The notes: generated by a model from the sequence alone, not told the origin. Positions 28,045-39,203 are shown, counted from the first letter of the stretch. The stretch: DNA of 64,000 bases from an uncultured Spirochaetota bacterium (GCA_963845535.1 CAWJSK010000001.1:192001-256000), one strand, 5' to 3'. Program-made: numbers and translations.

Positions 28045-29133
28045 ATGAGAGCACGCGTCCTATTGTTCGTTGCGCTGGCCTCCGCTTCGGCTGCGCTTGT
28101 CATGAGCTGCTCCGCGTCGGACAGCCGTTACTACCTCGGGACATTCGAGCAAAACCAGGACTTGCGGGAACTGTTTCGATTGTTCAGCAAGGAAAAGGAC
28201 CAGGAGAACAGGTTCGTTCTCATCCAGCAGATCGCCTCCGCCCTGGCGAACGCCGGTAAGAAGAACAAGGAGATCATTTTCCTCACGACCCACGTGGAGA
28301 AAAATCCCTCGGACACTTACAACGCGTACTACCTCCTGCTCGTGGCTGAAGCGTACAGCGACATGAAGGAAGCCCCGCTGGCCATCTACTACTATCGCCA
28401 GATCCTCATGAACTACGCGGACCTGCTGGTCCGGGGAAGGTCCATTCACTTTCAATGCCTCGAGGACCTCCTTGCCCTGTCGAACAATCCCGAGCATAAA
28501 ATCGAATACTACAAGGAGCTGATCTCCCGGTTCGGGGACCAGATCGAACATCCCGCCATGAACTGGTATTTCATGGCGAAAAGCTATGAACAGGTGGGGG
28601 AGTGGGACCAGGCCGTTCAGGCCTACAACCGCTATCTCAGCTATCCCGACACCGATGTTCCGGATGAACCTGACGCCGCCCGCACCGCCAATGAGAGGGT
28701 GAACCTCTACAACACGTTCGACACGTCCCAGATCGACTGGACCGCTCCCGACCTTCAGGTCCTCGTGGACGGGGTGAAGAACGCCATCCAGACCAAGAAC
28801 ATTCCCACCTTGAGAAAGCTCCAGGCAAAAGTGAACTTCTACGAGGGGGGGTGGGATCAGACCAAGCTGTTCGGTGATCCTACCGGAGAAGGGGACAGCG
28901 AAGGCAACCGGACCCTCGACATCACCTCCTATCTCGCCAGCTCCTACCCGAAGATCGACGGCCAGCTCGATATTGCCGACAATGATCGTGAAGCATATCT
29001 GCGCACGACGGACTGGAACTTCCGTCCGCCGACCTGGTATCTGTATTTCCGCAGGGTGGATTTCCCGGCGGATCCTGACATCAATGGGCAATGGGAATGG
29101 GCAGGCGTTTACTTCGGCGAAAAGCTTCCATAG
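28045..29133 (+). CDS. TPR-containing lipoprotein
   Basis: Signal peptide ending VMSC and TPR-like helices. TTGCCA-N17-TACCAT promoter at 28006-28034. Confidence 0.75.
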   Translation: MRARVLLFVALASASAALVMSCSASDSRYYLGTFEQNQDLRELFRLFSKEKDQENRFVLIQQIASALANAGKKNKEIIFLTTHVEKNPSDTYNAYYLLLVAEAYSDMKEAPLAIYYYRQILMNYADLLVRGRSIHFQCLEDLLALSNNPEHKIEYYKELISRFGDQIEHPAMNWYFMAKSYEQVGEWDQAVQAYNRYLSYPDTDVPDEPDAARTANERVNLYNTFDTSQIDWTAPDLQVLVDGVKNAIQTKNIPTLRKLQAKVNFYEGGWDQTKLFGDPTGEGDSEGNRTLDITSYLASSYPKIDGQLDIADNDREAYLRTTDWNFRPPTWYLYFRRVDFPADPDINGQWEWAGVYFGEKLP

Positions 29134-30293
29134 TCATCCTCTGTCTCTGCCTCGTCATGAGCTCCGCCTGGGCGGGAGAGGTGACAGGCGGCCCGGCGCC
29201 TGCCGCGCCCCTCCCCGTCGCGCCCGCGGAAGGACCCATGACGCCGTCCGGGGGGGCTGACGGCGTCGTTACGGCCGCGGCGCCCAATGATCCGGCAGGC
29301 CCTCTGCCTCCCGCTCAAGGCATTCGCGGGGAGGAGGTCTACTCCCTGGACATTCCGGATGAGGACATCATCGGAAAGTACATGGAGGGAATGCTTTCCC
29401 AGCGTAGAGACTGGCTGGAAGCCGTGCTTTCCAGGAGCAGCCGGTACCGGCTCGTGATCGACGCGGAGCTTGCCGAAAAAGGCCTTCCCCGCGAGCTTGG
29501 GTTCCTTCCCGCCGTGGAGTCAGGTTTCCAGACCTACGCCGTGTCCCCCATGGGAGCCGTCGGGCTCTGGCAGCTCATGCGCAACACCGCTTCCCCGTAC
29601 GGGCTTCGCATGGACCAGTGGGTGGATGAAAGGCGGGACTTCATGCGCTCCACCGAGGCGTCCCTTCAGAAGCTTCAGGACAACTACCGGCAGTTCGGGG
29701 ACTGGTTCCTTGCTCTTGCCGCCTACAACTGCGGAGTCGGCCGCCTGACGGGAGTGGTTGCAAGAAATCCGAACGCGGATTTCTGGACCCTGAGGAAAAA
29801 GGGAGTCCTTCCCCGAGAGACCTCCGCATTTGTCCCGATGTTCCTCGCCCTCACGCGCATCCTGAGCTATCCCGGCCGCTACGGCCTGGAGGTGAGCTGG
29901 GACCCTTCCCCTGACTGGGCCCGCATCCCGCTCGAAGCCTGCGTGGACCTTCGCCTGCTTTCGCGCCAATCAGGGGTGCCCCTCGGCGTGCTCGCCGAAA
30001 GCAATGCGGAGCTGAACTTCCCCATGACGCCGCCGGCCTCGTACCAGTACGTGCTCAAGGTGCCGCAAGAGTACGAACAGGCGGTGAAAGACACGCTTGC
30101 AGCGGCCTCCGTGCCGCTCATGCAGTTCAACATCCATGTGGTGAAGCCGGGCGATACTTTGTCCGGGATGGCGCAGAGGTATCACGTCACGGTCGACATG
30201 ATCCTTCAGTTCAACCCGCGGCTTGCCCCCCGGACGCTGCAGATAGGGTCGAAAGTCCTGATCCCCATGGCGCCGCCGCGGAGCGAAGGATGA
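29091..30293 (+). CDS. mltD: Lytic transglycosylase with LysM domain (MltD-like)
   Basis: LPAVESGF, GAVGLWQLM, VDERRD, LALAAYNCG, LPRET, and C-terminal HVVKPGDTLSGMAQRY. Confidence 0.88.
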   Translation: MGMGRRLLRRKASIVILCLCLVMSSAWAGEVTGGPAPAAPLPVAPAEGPMTPSGGADGVVTAAAPNDPAGPLPPAQGIRGEEVYSLDIPDEDIIGKYMEGMLSQRRDWLEAVLSRSSRYRLVIDAELAEKGLPRELGFLPAVESGFQTYAVSPMGAVGLWQLMRNTASPYGLRMDQWVDERRDFMRSTEASLQKLQDNYRQFGDWFLALAAYNCGVGRLTGVVARNPNADFWTLRKKGVLPRETSAFVPMFLALTRILSYPGRYGLEVSWDPSPDWARIPLEACVDLRLLSRQSGVPLGVLAESNAELNFPMTPPASYQYVLKVPQEYEQAVKDTLAAASVPLMQFNIHVVKPGDTLSGMAQRYHVTVDMILQFNPRLAPRTLQIGSKVLIPMAPPRSEG

Positions 30294-31183
30294 TGAAGCG
30301 CATCCTGACGGCGCTGGCGCTGTGCGCGCTCTGGGTCCCCGCGCTTGCGGCGCAGGCCCCGACGAAGGACGCGAGGGGCACGCTCGTCGTGAATGAGCCC
30401 GGCCTGAGCGTCCGCGGCAGAGTGGATTGGGCGGCCGGGACTCTCGAGGTCGAAGTGACGCGCCAGCTCGACCCCGCAGTGGCGGCAATCCCCCGGGCAA
30501 AAGGCGATGCAGAAACGGACATCCAGTCGCGCCTGGGAGGGTTCATGATTGCGGCCTTGTCCACCGTGGTGGTGGACTCCTCCCACACGTACGGTGACCT
30601 CCTGGAGGGGGACCCTGCACTGTTCTCACGGGTGAGCCGCCTGGCGGAGGGGGCGCACCAGCGCGCGCTTTTCCTCTCTGATGATTTCTCCCAACTGATT
30701 GCCAGGTATTCATTGCCAATCTTCGGAGCCCAGGGAGCCGTCTCTCCGCTTTACCCGTCCCGCAGCGCACCCGTCCCCCGGCGCCTGGGCTGGGTCCCCA
30801 CCCGACCTTTTACCGGGGTCCTGATCTATGCGAAGGGGCAGCTCCCGGCGGTCGGCACGAATGGCTTTGCCCAGGCCGCGCCGGCGGTATTCCCGCGCAT
30901 CTTCGATGAGAGCATGGCGCTGGTCATGGACAAGGGGACGTGCGCGCCGGATGCGCTTGCAGAGTGGGGGATGGTGGGGTACGCCTCGAGCATTGATGAT
31001 CCCGTGGCGCTCCTGCGCGCGGGGGAGTTTCCCTTGCGCCTGGTAGCCCGTGGCGTCTTCGGCGACAAAGCCACCGACATCGTCATCCCGACCGACGGAG
31101 CGCGTCAGCTCCTCACTCTGCAAGAAAACAGGAAGCTGCTGCAGGACGGAAAGATCGTCATAGTCTACGACAGCCTCGACTAA
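30290..31183 (+). CDS. Secreted hypothetical protein
   Basis: Signal peptide and overlap with mltD; no family recognised. Confidence 0.7.
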   Translation: MMKRILTALALCALWVPALAAQAPTKDARGTLVVNEPGLSVRGRVDWAAGTLEVEVTRQLDPAVAAIPRAKGDAETDIQSRLGGFMIAALSTVVVDSSHTYGDLLEGDPALFSRVSRLAEGAHQRALFLSDDFSQLIARYSLPIFGAQGAVSPLYPSRSAPVPRRLGWVPTRPFTGVLIYAKGQLPAVGTNGFAQAAPAVFPRIFDESMALVMDKGTCAPDALAEWGMVGYASSIDDPVALLRAGEFPLRLVARGVFGDKATDIVIPTDGARQLLTLQENRKLLQDGKIVIVYDSLD

Positions 31184-32402
31184 CTCACCATGGCCAGCGC
31201 CATCACGAGGCAGTCCCCCATCATGTTGCTGATGAGGCAATACTCGTTGGGCTGATGGGCAGTCTCTTCGATGCGAGACCACACCACGGTCGGGATTCCC
31301 GCCGCCCTGAGATAGGCTCCCACCGTCCCCCCTCCAATCCCGACGGTGCCGGCTTCGACCCCGTAGACTCGATGTATGGCGTTTCTCAGCGTATCCACGA
31401 TGGGTGCGTCAGGAGCAGTGGGGGGGAGGACGCCTTCTGGACTTCCTCCACGGCCACCGTGACGCCGAAATCCCGTTCCACGCCGTCACAGATTCCGCGG
31501 ATTTCCCTCATCACCATGCCGAGATCCTCCCGCGGCAGCACCCTGCTGTCGAGGTAGAAGACGTCCTCACCGGGGAGAGTGTTGACGTTCGGGACGTTCG
31601 CCTCCTTGCGGGTGGGAACGAACGTGGAGGTGGGCGGGCTGAAAAGGGTATCTGTTGCGTTGAAGCGCTCCCGCAATGCCCCCAACCGAATCACGAGGTG
31701 GGAACCGGCTTCGAATGCGTTCACGCCCTTCTCCGGCGTCGAGGCGTGGCACTGTTTCCCTGTCACGATGAACTTCAGCCAGAGGATGCTCTTCTCCGCA
31801 ATCTCGATCATATTCCCTTCCGGGGAGCCGCTGTCAGGCACGAGGGCAAGGTCCCGAGGGCTGAAAAGCTTCGTTGCCGAAAGCACGTGCTGGACACCCT
31901 GCGCGGAACCGGTCTCCTCGTCGGAAACGAACAACAGGCGCGTGGTTCGCCGGGGGCGCAGACCCAGCTCCTTGACGCACGCCGCGGCAAAGACCGAGGC
32001 CACCAGGCTCTGCTGGTTGTCCTCCACTCCCCGGCCGATGAGCCGATCCCCCTTGACCACCATCGTGTAGGGGTCCGACTCCCAGAGGCGCGCCTCCCCC
32101 GGCGGCACAATGTCCATGTGCGTCATGATCCAGAACGTCCCCTGCGGCTCAGCGCCGGGGATGGTCACGATGATGTTGGGGCGCTCCCCTTTGGGAACGT
32201 GGGAGTCCGGGGCGGGAACGTCCTCCACGGGGCCGAGCCCGAGCCGCTCGAGCCAGGAGACCAGCAGCCGCGCCTTCTGCCACTCCCCGTCCCCGCCGTT
32301 CTGCGGGCCGAGGGCGGGCACCGCGGTGAGCGCGCGCTGCAGCTCGATCATCTCATCCCGCTTTGCTGTTATTGTTTTTCGCAGTTGTTCGATGGGGTCC
32401 AT
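31180..32402 (-). CDS. M20 family metallo-hydrolase (DapE/ArgE-like), frameshift at a homopolymer at 31420-31426
   Basis: THMDIVPPG, GRGVEDNQQ, SDEETGS, GKQCHAS. One extra C in the C7 run joins it to ...GIGGGTVGAYLR...AHQPNE. Confidence 0.85.
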
Positions 32403-32408
32403 GGCTTG

Positions 32409-32480
32409 TGTATACGTTTTTTTGGCTGCCGCGGCAAGGAAGGAACAGGCCTTGATAAAACTGCATTCGCTCAACAGAAT
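32409..32480. promoter_or_regulatory. Back-to-back leaderless-type promoters
   Basis: Minus: TTGCCG-N17-TATACA-N6-ATG. Plus: TTGATA-N17-CAGAAT-N7-ATG. Confidence 0.55.
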
Positions 32481-32487
32481 ACCCGCC

Positions 32488-33852
32488 ATGCTGCGCCGCG
32501 TACGAGCCTCCCTCCTTGTCGTGATTTTGCCCGCGCTTGCCCTCGCCTCATGCGGCGTGAGAGCCGCCGGATATGGCGTGGTTGTGTGGGGGGAGACGGG
32601 GACCGGCCTGCAGACGGGCATCATCGTGCCTGTCATCAGGGAAGCCACGATAGGCTCCTCGTTCCTGCTGCTCGTGCCCGGGGAGAAAAAACCCCGCGAG
32701 TTCCCCGCCGGCCGCGTGAGGTTCTTCAAGGCCAGGTCGGATGCGGCCCGCTTCCTGCAGTCCTTTTCACCGTACCTCCAGTCATGGGCGGTATCCATGA
32801 AGCAGGACCCCCCGCCGCTGCCTATTCGGGACCAGGCCTCCCAGGACGGGCGGGTGATCTACAAGCTGAAGCCCGGCCAGCTCGTGAAAGTGGTGGGAAA
32901 GAGCGCCGCCCCCGAAACCATCCAGCAGTATTCCGACTACTGGTACGAAGTGGTCACGGATGACGGGTTCTCCGGCTTCTGTTTCGGCCATTATCTGACG
33001 TCCTTCACTACGGCAGGAGACCCGACGCAGGAAGCCCAGCACATCATGAGCCAGGACGCAACGCTGGACAGGATCATGAGCAATACGTGGCGCCCCGACT
33101 GGTTCCAGGAAATGGTGGCGCGGGGAGCCATCGACCTGGCGGTCTTCCGGGACGACGTCGGTCTCTTCCCCAGCGCGTCCGACAACGTGATGCGCCTTGT
33201 CCTGCCCCAGTATTCCCTGGAGTTCCACTACACCGGCATCCAGAAGCTGGGAGAGAGCGCCTACGTCTTCACCGGTTCCGACCTGCGCATCACTGTTCTC
33301 GATGACCAGCGCATCAGCATCTACTACCACTACAAGGACCAGAGGGTCGCGGGCCTGTACGTCCTGATGCCGGGGCAGATTGCTGACGTGATTACTGCGG
33401 AGCAGAAGAGGCGCCAGGCCCTCTTCGATTCCCTTGCCGCTCGGGGGGCGACACTCAGCTCCAGCGCATATGGCATGATCACCCTGTCGGGCGGCATGCG
33501 CTTCAGCTGGACCGGCTACCAGAAGCTCGTGCCGTCACTCATCGCGGCAGACGCGGAAGGGAAGGGCCGTGTGGACTTCCCGCTGCACGCCGTGAAGAGC
33601 CTGGCCGCGGACTATGACGGGGTGATCACCCTGGTCTTCGATCACGGCGGAGACGCAGCGGGGAGCGCCGCTTCCCCCGGCGGTCCTTCTGTCGGCGCTT
33701 CCGTCACCGGGGGGTATTCGGTGAGCTTCCTCTACAAGGCCGCTTCGGGCGGGATTCGTTTCACTTCGCTTGACGCTGACAGCGTCTCGAACCTTGCGGT
33801 GACCCACCCCGGAATGTCGCCCGTGGTGATCTTTTTCAGCCAGACCAGGTAG
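32488..33852 (+). CDS. SH3-domain lipoprotein
   Basis: Lipobox LALASCG and SH3-like segment LPIRDQ...YKLKPGQLVKV...WYEVVTDDGFSGFCFG. Confidence 0.78.
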   Translation: MLRRVRASLLVVILPALALASCGVRAAGYGVVVWGETGTGLQTGIIVPVIREATIGSSFLLLVPGEKKPREFPAGRVRFFKARSDAARFLQSFSPYLQSWAVSMKQDPPPLPIRDQASQDGRVIYKLKPGQLVKVVGKSAAPETIQQYSDYWYEVVTDDGFSGFCFGHYLTSFTTAGDPTQEAQHIMSQDATLDRIMSNTWRPDWFQEMVARGAIDLAVFRDDVGLFPSASDNVMRLVLPQYSLEFHYTGIQKLGESAYVFTGSDLRITVLDDQRISIYYHYKDQRVAGLYVLMPGQIADVITAEQKRRQALFDSLAARGATLSSSAYGMITLSGGMRFSWTGYQKLVPSLIAADAEGKGRVDFPLHAVKSLAADYDGVITLVFDHGGDAAGSAASPGGPSVGASVTGGYSVSFLYKAASGGIRFTSLDADSVSNLAVTHPGMSPVVIFFSQTR

Positions 33853-33857
33853 CTACC

Positions 33858-35831
33858 ATGCCCCTCGTCAGCCTTTCCGGCGTCTCCGTGTTCTTCGGAG
33901 AGAGACGCCTCCTTGACGGCGTGAACCTTACTGTCTCCCAGGGCTCGCGGATGGCGCTGGTGGGCCCCAACGGAAGCGGCAAGACCACCCTCATGCGTAT
34001 CATGGCGGGTCTCGCCGCGCCGGACTCCGGATCCGTGGTGCGGGAGAAGGACACGCGCGTTTCCTACGTGCCCCAATCCGGCGTTGCCCTTGCCGGCAGC
34101 ACGCTGCATCATGAGGTCGAGAAAGCTTTCGATCGGGAAGCCGGCATCCAGGACGAGCTGCGAGGGCTCGAGGAAGGGATGGGCAGGCTCTCTCAGGGTT
34201 CCGCGGAGGCGGAGGCGCTCGTGTGGAAGCACCATGTGCTGCAGGAGTCGCTCACCGTGAGCGGATACTACTCACGGGAGGAGGCCATTGACCGCGTTCT
34301 CTCGGGTCTCGGGTTTCGACGGGATGACGGCCCGCGGGAGTGCTCGACGTTTTCCGCGGGATGGCAGATGAGGATAGCGCTTGCGCGCGCCATTCTCGAG
34401 CGGCCGGACATCCTTCTCCTGGATGAGCCGACGAACTACCTGGACATCGAAGCGCGCGCGTGGCTTTCCGGCTTTCTTGCCGATTTCCCCGGCGGGCTGC
34501 TCCTGGTGTCCCATGATCGGTGGTTCCTCGACTCCGTGGTGACGGCCGTGGCCGAGATTTTCCTGGCGCGCCTTTCCCTCTTTTCGGGGAACTATACACA
34601 CTACGAGGACGCCCGAAGCGGGCAGCTCGCTTCCCTGCAGGAGCGCTGGCGGTTGCAGCAGGAAGAGATTGCCCGCATCGAGGCCTTCATCGCCAAGTTT
34701 CGCTACAACGCGTCCAAAGCGCGCCTGGTGCAGAGCAGGATCATTGCGCTCGAAAAGATGGAGCGTGTTGAAGTGCCGCCGGTGGTCAAATCCATCCACT
34801 TCTCTTTTCCGCCTCCACCGCATGCCGGAAGGATCGTGCTCTCGGCGTCCGGGCTCGCCAAGTCCTACGGCGACCTGCCGGTGTTTCGGGGAGTGGACAT
34901 CGAAGTGTCACGGGGGGACAAGCTCGTGGTTGTGGGCGTCAACGGCGCCGGCAAGTCAACCCTCCTGCGGTTGCTTTCCGGGAGGGAGCAGCCGGACGCC
35001 GGTTCGCTGCGCTGGGGGGCCGGTGTGGCGGCCGCCTTCTACTCCCAGGAGAACGCGGATTCGTGGCTGTCCACCCGGCAGGTGATCGAGGAAGTGGAAT
35101 CCGTGGCCCCTACGTCTCTCATTCCCGAGCTGCGCACGCTCCTGGGGGCCTTCCTGTTCCGCGGGGACGACGTCTTCAAGAGCGTGTCGGTGCTGAGCGG
35201 CGGTGAAAAGAGCAGGCTTACGCTCCTCATGCTCCTGTTGAAGCCGGCCAACCTGCTTATCCTCGACGAGCCCACCAACCACCTCGACCTCGCGTCAAAG
35301 GACGTGCTTCTCGGTGCCTTGAAGGGGTTCGCCGGGACGGTGATCTTCGTCTCGCATGACCGGCACTTCATCTCCAACCTCGCAGCGGGCGTCCTGGAAA
35401 TGAAAGGCGGCGCCGCGCGGTACTTCCCTGGCGACTACGAATACTACCTCGCCAAGTCGGGCCAGGAAAACGGCGAAGCCGCCGCGGCGGCGGAACGCGC
35501 GGCGACGCAGGAGAAGTCTCCCACGGTTACGCAGGTCCAGAGACTCGAGGACAAACGCCTGAAAAGCGAATTACGCGCACTGGAGAAGGAAGAGGAGGCC
35601 ATCCTGGCAAGGCTGGACTCCCTGGAAGCCGCGCGCAAGGAAGCGGAGGACGAGATGGCGCGTCCGGAGGTCTACGCGGATGGAAAGCGGATGCGCGAGC
35701 TGGGAAAGGCTCACGAAGAAAACGGCCGGTTGCACCAGGATGAGAGCAGGCGATGGGAGGAGGTCGTCTCCCGCGTTTCCGAGCTCAAGGCGCAGATGGC
35801 GGGCCTCAGGAACGGTACAGCCTCTCGATGA
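33858..35831 (+). CDS. ABC-F family ATPase
   Basis: Two ABC cassettes (GPNGSGKTT/FSAGW/LLDEPTN and GVNGAGKST/LSGGE/ILDEPTN), no TM segments, C-terminal coiled coil. Confidence 0.93.
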   Translation: MPLVSLSGVSVFFGERRLLDGVNLTVSQGSRMALVGPNGSGKTTLMRIMAGLAAPDSGSVVREKDTRVSYVPQSGVALAGSTLHHEVEKAFDREAGIQDELRGLEEGMGRLSQGSAEAEALVWKHHVLQESLTVSGYYSREEAIDRVLSGLGFRRDDGPRECSTFSAGWQMRIALARAILERPDILLLDEPTNYLDIEARAWLSGFLADFPGGLLLVSHDRWFLDSVVTAVAEIFLARLSLFSGNYTHYEDARSGQLASLQERWRLQQEEIARIEAFIAKFRYNASKARLVQSRIIALEKMERVEVPPVVKSIHFSFPPPPHAGRIVLSASGLAKSYGDLPVFRGVDIEVSRGDKLVVVGVNGAGKSTLLRLLSGREQPDAGSLRWGAGVAAAFYSQENADSWLSTRQVIEEVESVAPTSLIPELRTLLGAFLFRGDDVFKSVSVLSGGEKSRLTLLMLLLKPANLLILDEPTNHLDLASKDVLLGALKGFAGTVIFVSHDRHFISNLAAGVLEMKGGAARYFPGDYEYYLAKSGQENGEAAAAAERAATQEKSPTVTQVQRLEDKRLKSELRALEKEEEAILARLDSLEAARKEAEDEMARPEVYADGKRMRELGKAHEENGRLHQDESRRWEEVVSRVSELKAQMAGLRNGTASR

Positions 35832-37695
35832 CTCCCGCGTAGAGGTCCGTGATCACTTCCCGTTTCTTGCTCAGCGTGCGCGTCAGCTCACGCCCCACCT
35901 CGAAGCGGGCAGGCAGAAGGGCAATCCGCACCGCCCTGCCGCCGGGGAAGTGGATCCCGTTGTTGACCAGCCGCGCCTGGACTTCCTCCTGGAAGAAACG
36001 ATAGATGGCCGGGTTGCTCGCGAGGTCTTTCTCATCTGCCCAGGAAATTCTCCGTGATTCGGCCAGGCGCCTCAGCGCATCCATGTTCGGCACGATGAGG
36101 AGGCCCAGGCTGTCACGCCTGTCCCCTACTACGACCGCTTCCTGGACGTAGGGAGACTCCTGCACCACCATCTCGATGGGCTCGGGCTCCACGCGCTCTC
36201 CTGAGCCCAGCACGATGGTGTGCTTCGTCCTGCCGGTGATCACGAGGTTGCCGTCATAGGTGAGCAGCCCGCTGTCCCCCGTGTCCAGCCAGCCGTCCGC
36301 GGAGAGGATCTGGCGCGTCGAGAGCGGGTCCTTGTAGTATCCCATCATGACCTGGGGCCCCTTGATCCAGACGCTTCCCTTGCGGCCGGGGGGGAGGTTC
36401 TCACCGTTCTCACCGGCAATCCTGACTTCCGTCTGCGGAAGCGGCTTGCCGACGGTCCCGAGCACCGGGTATTTCCCCGTTCGAACCGCCACGATGGGAG
36501 AGGCCTCGGTGAGGCCGTAGCCCTCCAGGACATCGACGCCCAGGGCCGCGAAGAAGCGGTCGAGGTGGGCCGGAAGCGCTCCGCCCCCGCACACGATTGC
36601 GGCCAGGTTCCCTCCCAGGACCGTCTGCACTCTTCTTCGCAGGATGAAGTGTGACGCAAGCTTCACCGGGGAGAGCAGGACGAGAGGGAGAAACGCGGCG
36701 AAGATCTCCAGCAGCCGTTCCTGCTTTCGAAACCGGGGATAGCGGCCCATGACGAACCCGGAGAAGACCAGGTAGAACTTCTCGAATCGTATGAACAATC
36801 CCTCCACGAGCCCCAACCGCTTTTCGAGGCTTTTTGCGACGCTTTCCAGGAGAGAGGGAACGATGACGAGGTAATGAGGGCGGAGCGCGCGCAGGTCATC
36901 GAAGATCTTCCATTCGGAAGGCTGCGAATACGCAATGGTGCCGCCGAAGGAAAGGCTGCAATACTCCACGGTGCGCTCGAAGGAATGCCAGACGGGAAGA
37001 ACGGAAAGCCACGTGGCGCCGGTGGGCGGGCTGATGCACGCGTGCACGTTTGTGACGTTGTGCATGATGTTCCCGTGAGAGAGCATGACTCCTTTGGGCT
37101 TGCCCGTGGTCCCGGAGGTGTAGAGGAGCGTGGCCGTGTCGGCGGCGGCCACGCTCGCGGCGCGCAGGTCGAACCCCCGTTCGCCTTTGGCGATCTTGCG
37201 GTTTCCCTTTTTCAGCACGTCTTCCCACGTGTAGATCAGGACCCGCTCTTCCCCCATGCCAGCCTGGGGCTTCGCGCCGTTGAACTCCATGACGACGATC
37301 TTCTTCAGCTTCACAAGGCGCTTGCGCACGGCGAGCAGGCGGGTCAGGACCGCGGCGTTCTCAACGATGGCGAGCTCGCAGTCGGAATGGGCAATCACGT
37401 GCTCGATCTCGCGGTCAGCCGACCGCGGGCTCAGCGGGACGTCGACGCCCCCGGAGCCCAGGATGGCGAGGTCCGTGATGAGCCAGTTCTGGTTGTTTTC
37501 AGCGACGATGGCCACGTGCGCCCCGGGAAGGAGCCCGATGGCAATGAGACCGGTGCCCAGCTCCTTGACCAGCGTGTACAGTTCCGCGTACGTAAGGGTC
37601 TGGAAGCTGTCATCAGGTTTTCGGGTCTTCAGAGCAGCCAGGGAGGCATACTTGACGACAGACTCCTGCAGAAGTCCGATGAGAGTTTGTCCCAT
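35806..37695 (-). CDS. fadD: Long-chain fatty acid-CoA ligase (AMP-binding)
   Basis: YTSGTTGKPKG, EGYGLTE, GPQVMMGYY, WLDTGD. ATG at 37695 with an RBS. Confidence 0.88.
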   Translation of the reverse strand: MGQTLIGLLQESVVKYASLAALKTRKPDDSFQTLTYAELYTLVKELGTGLIAIGLLPGAHVAIVAENNQNWLITDLAILGSGGVDVPLSPRSADREIEHVIAHSDCELAIVENAAVLTRLLAVRKRLVKLKKIVVMEFNGAKPQAGMGEERVLIYTWEDVLKKGNRKIAKGERGFDLRAASVAAADTATLLYTSGTTGKPKGVMLSHGNIMHNVTNVHACISPPTGATWLSVLPVWHSFERTVEYCSLSFGGTIAYSQPSEWKIFDDLRALRPHYLVIVPSLLESVAKSLEKRLGLVEGLFIRFEKFYLVFSGFVMGRYPRFRKQERLLEIFAAFLPLVLLSPVKLASHFILRRRVQTVLGGNLAAIVCGGGALPAHLDRFFAALGVDVLEGYGLTEASPIVAVRTGKYPVLGTVGKPLPQTEVRIAGENGENLPPGRKGSVWIKGPQVMMGYYKDPLSTRQILSADGWLDTGDSGLLTYDGNLVITGRTKHTIVLGSGERVEPEPIEMVVQESPYVQEAVVVGDRRDSLGLLIVPNMDALRRLAESRRISWADEKDLASNPAIYRFFQEEVQARLVNNGIHFPGGRAVRIALLPARFEVGRELTRTLSKKREVITDLYAGVIERLYRS

Positions 37696-37868
37696 CTCTC
37701 CCTTCTCGCGGGGGCTGGGGCCCCGTATTTGATTCTGGAACGAGTGCAGATGAGCTCGGGCCGGCACAAAGGTACTCTCCGCCGGATCGAGTGTCAACGG
37801 GCGCGCGTCCCGCGATGTGCGCCGTGGGCGCCCTTCCCACCCACGCCCTGATTTACTACCCTATCCCC

Positions 37869-39203
37869 ATGAGTGTATTCAAAACTTACGACATACGTGG
37901 CGTCTGGGGCAGTGAAGTGGACACGAACCTTGCCTACCGGATCGGGCGGGGACTGGCGCGCCACATGAAGGCCGGTTCGTTCCTCCTGGGGTACGACGCT
38001 CGCCTTCACTCACCCGAGCTCTACCAGGCCGTGGCAGGCGGGCTGGCGGAGGAAGGGGCAACCGTGGCAGGCACGGGGCTTGCAAGCACTCCGCAGCTTC
38101 ACTACACCCAGATCGACGGCGCGTTTCCCGCCGCCGTCATGGTGACCGCCTCCCACAACCCCCCTCAATACCACGGATTCAAGGTATTCGATGCGAAGGG
38201 CGGCTCACTCAGCTATGATAAAGGACTGAGCAAAGTGGAAGCGCTGATTGCCGGGATCCCAGCGCCGTCCTCGATTGGCCGTCAGAGCATCCGGCAGGTG
38301 GAAGGCTTGGACAGGTACGTCGCCTTCGTGGCAAAAGCCTCCGGCGGAAGAAAGCTCGGGGCAAAGATCGTCATCGACGTCTCCAGCGGGTCGTCCGGAC
38401 CGGTTTTCCGCCGGCTTTCGGAAACACTCGGCGTGAACCCCGTGCTCTTGAACGAGAAGCCTGACGGCAACTTTCCCAGCCATGACCCCAACCCGCTGAA
38501 GGCCGAATCCCGCGAACAGGCCGCCCGGGCGGTGAAGGAGTCTGGGGCGGCGTTCGGAGTCGTTCTCGACGGGGACGGGGACCGGATCCTTTTCATCGAC
38601 GAAAAAGGGCAGGGGATCGAAAATTACTTCCTCTCCTGCCTCGTGGCGGAGGAGCTCCTGGCCCGCGCGCCGGGGGCGGCTATCGTCTACGACCTCATCT
38701 CCTCCCGCGTCCTGCCCGAGCGCATCCGCGAGTGCGGCGGTGATCCGGTGGTCTCCCGGGTCGGGTATACTTTCCTTTACGACCGCATGGTGGCCGCGGG
38801 CGCGGTCTTCGGCGCCGAGACTTCGGGGCACGTCTACTTCAAGGTGAGCGACACGTACTACACGGAATCCGCGGCCTACGCCCTCGTCGTCCTGATGGGG
38901 CTCCTGGCTGCCCGGGGCCGTCCGCTGTCCGAGCTGGTGGCGCCGCTGCGCAGCCGTTACTTCCAGTCTCCCGAGATCAACGTCGAGGTGAAGGACAAGG
39001 AGAAGGCCATGCGGGAGATCGAGAGGCGCTACGCCAAAGGGCGCATCGACAAGCTGGACGGGGTGTCCGTCGAGTTCGAGGATTTCTGGTTCAACGTGCG
39101 GCCCAGCAACACGGAGCCTCTTCTCAGGCTGCGTCTGGAAGCGAAGCGGGCGGAGGTGGCGCAGGCCAGGACCGAGGAGATCAAGGCCATTTTAACGGGG
39201 TAA
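37869..39203 (+). CDS. Phosphomannomutase/phosphoglucomutase
   Basis: FKTYDIRG, TASHNP, DGDGDR, AETSGH, RPSNTEP. Confidence 0.93.
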   Translation: MSVFKTYDIRGVWGSEVDTNLAYRIGRGLARHMKAGSFLLGYDARLHSPELYQAVAGGLAEEGATVAGTGLASTPQLHYTQIDGAFPAAVMVTASHNPPQYHGFKVFDAKGGSLSYDKGLSKVEALIAGIPAPSSIGRQSIRQVEGLDRYVAFVAKASGGRKLGAKIVIDVSSGSSGPVFRRLSETLGVNPVLLNEKPDGNFPSHDPNPLKAESREQAARAVKESGAAFGVVLDGDGDRILFIDEKGQGIENYFLSCLVAEELLARAPGAAIVYDLISSRVLPERIRECGGDPVVSRVGYTFLYDRMVAAGAVFGAETSGHVYFKVSDTYYTESAAYALVVLMGLLAARGRPLSELVAPLRSRYFQSPEINVEVKDKEKAMREIERRYAKGRIDKLDGVSVEFEDFWFNVRPSNTEPLLRLRLEAKRAEVAQARTEEIKAILTG

